A DNA stretch of 63,745 nucleotides, filler included, from Octopus bimaculoides (taxonomy: Eukaryota): the NCBI RefSeq assembly GCF_001194135.2. It is 6 parts of 6 records of this genome, joined end to end, with 100 filler letters (N's around TTAATTAATTAA, not from the genome) between each part and the next. Parts side by side here need not be neighbours in the genome. Positions count along the whole stretch, not along the records: positions 55,716 to 62,530 come from NC_068983.1; positions 62,631 to 63,745 come from NC_068982.1; 4 more parts are not named here. The stretch is one strand, 5' to 3'. Below, in pieces: positions 59,976-63,745 of the stretch. A program made the translations under genes and the position numbers. Positions within the stretch are counted from its first letter, which is position 1, and every line of letters starts with the position of its first letter. The notes beneath the pieces were generated by a model, which was not told the DNA's origin, made no database searches, and saw only the letters and a program-made list of their open reading frames with translations.

Positions 59976-60289
59976 GTAATAATAATGATCAGTCGGCTGG
60001 CTGTGCACAGCTGATACTTTCCATCATATCCAGCAGAATAAGCTGAGTGTTTTCATCAAATAATAACAATGATAATTATTATAATGATCTTTGGCAATGG
60101 AGTGTAGTTGTTCTAAGATATAGATGTCTGCCTGTCTTTCAGTTTCTGTGGACTTTCCACATGTTGTTTTAAGTCTTCCACACTTATGACCCACTAAGTT
60201 TCATAAATTCAAAATGCTGGAATGTGTTGTATGACATCCACCATTTGCTTCATCTTGGATTATCATTAATTATTGTAATAGGAGTACTC

Positions 60290-60960
60290 ACTAAGAGCAC
60301 TGCCTGAGCGTGATCGTTGCCAGAGCACCAGCTGCCTGGCTTCGTGCCGGTGGCACATAAATAGCACCATTTGAGCGTGACGGTTACCAACGTTCACTTT
60401 CCATGCTAGCATGGGTTGGACGATTTGACTGAGGACTGGTGAAAACCAGATGGCTACACCAGGCTCCAATCTGATTTGGCAGAGTTTCTACAGCTGGATG
60501 CCCTTCCTAACGTTCACTTTCCATGCTAGCANNNNNNNNNNNNNNNNNNNNNNNNNNNNNNNNNNNNNNNNNNNNNNNNNNNNNNNNNNNNNNNNNNNNN
60601 NNNNNNNNNNNNNNNNNNNNNNNNNNNNNNNNNNNNNNNNNNNNNNNNNNNNNNNNNNNNNNNNNNNNNNNNNNNNNNNNNNNNNNNNNNNNNNNNNNNN
60701 NNNNNNNNNNNNNNNNNNNNNNNNNNNNNNNNNNNNNNNNNNNNNNNNNNNNNNNNNNNNNNNNNNNNNNNNNNNNNNNNNNNNNNNNNNNNNNNNNNNN
60801 NNNNNNNNNNNNNNNNNNNNNNNNNNNNNNNNNNNNNNNNNNNNNNNNNNNNNNNNNNNNNNNNNNNNNNNNNNNNNNNNNNNNNNNNNNNNCCCATGCT
60901 AGCATGGAAAGTGAACGTTAAACGATGATGATGATAATGATGATGATGATGATGATGATG
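60290..60960. mobile_element. SINE family B pieces in mixed orientation around a gap
   Basis: Plus-orientation internal repeats 60290-60390, minus body 60391-60510, and plus tail 60893-60960. Confidence 0.65.
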
Positions 60961-61574
60961 AACAATGTCTATTGCATTTTCTTATTCCAAAATTGTAGGT
61001 TATTTGGTTTCTATTTCTAGCAGGTTGTTCATTGCTATTGGCGTTGTTGTTATAGCTGTTGTTTATCACCCTGTTTAGCAGATGTCAACCTCACTCTCTC
61101 ATCTATGTTCAACTTCAACTCTGTTGTAAAAGCAGATCATGATGGATGAGAATGGAGACAGATGTAATGAATGACCAAGATATCTTTTTACCTCATTTTG
61201 CTCTCTACACTTCACTATATGTTACTGCAGCTGCCTTCCCCTCCATTGAACCATGAAGTTTTCTTCTGCAGTGTCCACTGGATCCAGTCTCCACATGCAT
61301 CAGCAAGCAAGTCCTAATATATTGATTAACCTATAGCTGGGACCCTGACAGGTGCTATTTCTTGGGATTAGAATAGATCTGGGAACAATAGTGGCTAAGA
61401 GGTGGTTCCACATTCCTCAAGACTCTGGAATTTCTGGACTAGAACTCTACTACTGGATACTGTAAGTCGTACTTAAGACAAAAAAGAAACTAAATTAAAT
61501 GTTGCAAGGTATTTTGTCTAATGTTCTAATTGCTAATTTGCTAAATGCAAGCTGGGAAAAGTGGAGATATAGAT

Positions 61575-61960
61575 GCAAGTATGGCTTGTGGTTAAGAAGC
61601 TTGCCTTGTAACTAAATGGTTTTGGGTTCAGTCCCACTGCATGGCACATAGCCTTGGACTAACTAATACTTTGTGAGTGAATTTGATTGATGGAAACTGT
61701 GTGGAAGTCCATCATATATATATGTATATGTGTGTTTTTGCATGTGTTTTGTGTTTGTTTGCCCTGACTACCTGATAAGCAGTGTTAGTTTGTTTACATC
61801 CCTGTAACTCAGTAGTTCAGCAAAAGACACTGATAGAATGAGTACCAAACTTAAAAACGAAGTATAGGGGTCGATTTGTTTGACTAAATTCTTCAAGGCA
61901 GTGCCCCAGCATGGACTAGGCCCAATAGGTGAAACAGGTAGAAGCTAAAAGACAAAAATA
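61575..61960 (+). mobile_element. SINE family C, diverged full length
   Basis: atggcttgtggttaagaagcttgcc...gggttcagtcccactgcatggcac...gcagtgccccagcatgg. Confidence 0.8.
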
Positions 61961-62706
61961 AAAGACACCTAATTAACTGAGAACCATAATTGCTAGAGAG
62001 GAGAGTAATATTCAGTAAAAAGCAACACAACTCCTCTAACAATACCAGGGGTGACTGTAGAACAGGGACAGAAATTATGCAGCACCTATTAACATTTCCT
62101 CTAATGCAAGAACCACACTGGTTGGCTGACCTTCAGTAAAGATGCACAGAAATATTGTTCAGTGTTGGTTGCATAAAATTTTACAGAAATGTGAAGTTGA
62201 CTTAATGATAAGAATATATCACAGAAAGGAAGAAGTTGTGCAATTCGGTTGCAAATAATGGTATTGCTTCTGTGCATGTTGCACCAGTGTCTCATCTTTT
62301 TGTTTTTATTTTTCTCCTTTCTGCATTGATTTTTATTACTGCCATACTTCAGTGAGCTAAAATGATAATAATGTCTAGTAGCATACACATTGCATACAAT
62401 ACTGCCAAATGTAGGTCTATAGGTAGGTAGGTATGGACAGATAAATTCTGTGTGTGTATTGAAGAGATGGATTGTAGAGAATATAATGTTAATGCTTCCT
62501 TCCTATATATATATATATATATACATACACNNNNNNNNNNNNNNNNNNNNNNNNNNNNNNNNNNNNNNNNNNNNTTAATTAATTAANNNNNNNNNNNNNN
62601 NNNNNNNNNNNNNNNNNNNNNNNNNNNNNNATATTGTATATGTTGAATAAAATGAGACAACAAAGCCATGGATGTGTGGAGTTTTCAGGAGATTTATAAA
62701 GAGAAA

Positions 62707-62754
62707 GTCTTATAGCTGTTTCTGGGATATTAAGGATATCCCTTCATCAGAGAC
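62707..62754 (-). ncRNA. Minimal type I hammerhead-ribozyme-like motif (intact CUGAUGA)
   Basis: Minus strand gtct-CTGATGA-a-gggatat(cctta)atatccc-a-GAAAC(agct)ATA-agac. Stem III has a C-A mismatch. Confidence 0.55.
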
Positions 62755-62799
62755 GATGTGAGATGGTTGAATAGAGGGAAATATTAGAGTTCTCATATC

Positions 62800-62847
62800 G
62801 TCTCTGATGTAGGGATATCTCTAATATCCCAGAAACAGCTGTAAGAC
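62800..62847 (+). ncRNA. Minimal type I hammerhead-ribozyme-like motif (core variant CUGAUGU)
   Basis: gtct-CTGATGT-a-gggatat(ctcta)atatccc-a-GAAAC(agct)GTA-agac: stem I gtct/agac, 7-bp stem II, short stem III with a palindromic AGCT loop. A9 is substituted. Confidence 0.55.
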
Positions 62848-63053
62848 TAACTTACTCGTTATAAATGTCCTGAAAACTACACACAGCCTTGGCTTTGTTG
62901 TCTCATTTTATTTAATATATACAAGCTCATACAAGACCCGCATTAGACTCCTCACTCGTATCATTAACGACCCGAGAGTTTAACTATGTTCCTTCCATAG
63001 CACTTACATAGAGTTACCGGTCACCTTGAGTCTTCTGGATACCAATGCCTCTC

Positions 63054-63111
<58 letters not shown>

Positions 63112-63710
63112 ATGTATAACACCGATTTCAGCATAAATCATTCTTAATTCTTTTTAATGAAGGCTGATCTGCTATACTTACTCTCGCATATAAAATTACT
63201 CACATGCACGTGAGTATGCAAAAAACACGTACACACTAAAATCGCACACACAAGCTCACACCATCCCCATACACAGAGACCCGCTGTATACGCCGTGCAC
63301 ACAGAAAATACACGATATAATTGTTTAGTTCGCTTCAATTTCTTGTAGAAAGTAGATTTATTTGTCTCACTGTTGTTTAATTATTTCCTGTATGAAGAGG
63401 GCATAATCAAGTGGAGATAATTAACACAACCGTACAGCATTGCAGGCAGGTTTATTGTGTTTTTGAAAGTTTTTTATTTCACTATTATTTTAATCATTAT
63501 ATTTATTTATTTAACTACCTTTTTTTCTCTGTTTTTTTTTTAATATTTTTTTTTTAGGTATCAGCTTCGAAAAGCGTAAATGACTTTCCAAGATTAATTA
63601 GGTTAGGTTATTGTTCAATGCATATTTCGATGGTTGGAAGGATGGGCAGAGGGATAGAGGCACGTATCAAGCTTGCTAGCAACCTGCCTATCTATCTATC
63701 TATCTATCTA

Positions 63711-63745
<35 letters not shown>

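Larger units (their letters stand above)
62634..62924. repeat. ~290-bp imperfect palindrome (arms ~130 bp, loop ~27 nt)
   Basis: Left arm 62634-62763 is the reverse complement of right arm 62791-62924, with scattered mismatches and one small indel. Confidence 0.95.

Noticed and set aside
60290-60960. Apparent inversion and duplication of SINE B pieces
   Set aside because: The breakpoints sit at the element's own palindrome and next to a gap, so misassembly is the most economical explanation.

Overview
AT-rich, microsatellite-saturated animal genomic DNA from a gapped short-read assembly. The repeat families look like those of Octopus (inference from recalled repeat sequences, not a database search). 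I could not support any intact host protein-coding gene: nearly all listed ORFs are translations of simple repeats or N runs. The window holds fossils of many transposon classes: Penelope-like GIY-YIG endonuclease, mariner, RTE, RTE/RTEX-like, two R4/Dong-like pieces, CR1-group LINEs, a 91-bp Helitron with both termini, a Tc1/mariner MITE and about 20 copies of three SINE families. The dominant structure is a ~15-kb CpG-rich satellite (40745-55615) built from ACGT/ACGA tetramers, with recurring anchor motifs and a 1.2-1.7 kb higher-order period. Other notable items are a ~290-bp palindrome with a minimal hammerhead-ribozyme-like motif on each strand (62634-62924), a tail-to-tail inverted LINE pair (10.0-12.4 kb), a shared LINE/SINE 3' tail, and position-dependent CpG decay in SINE copies suggesting methylated flanks around an unmethylated centre.
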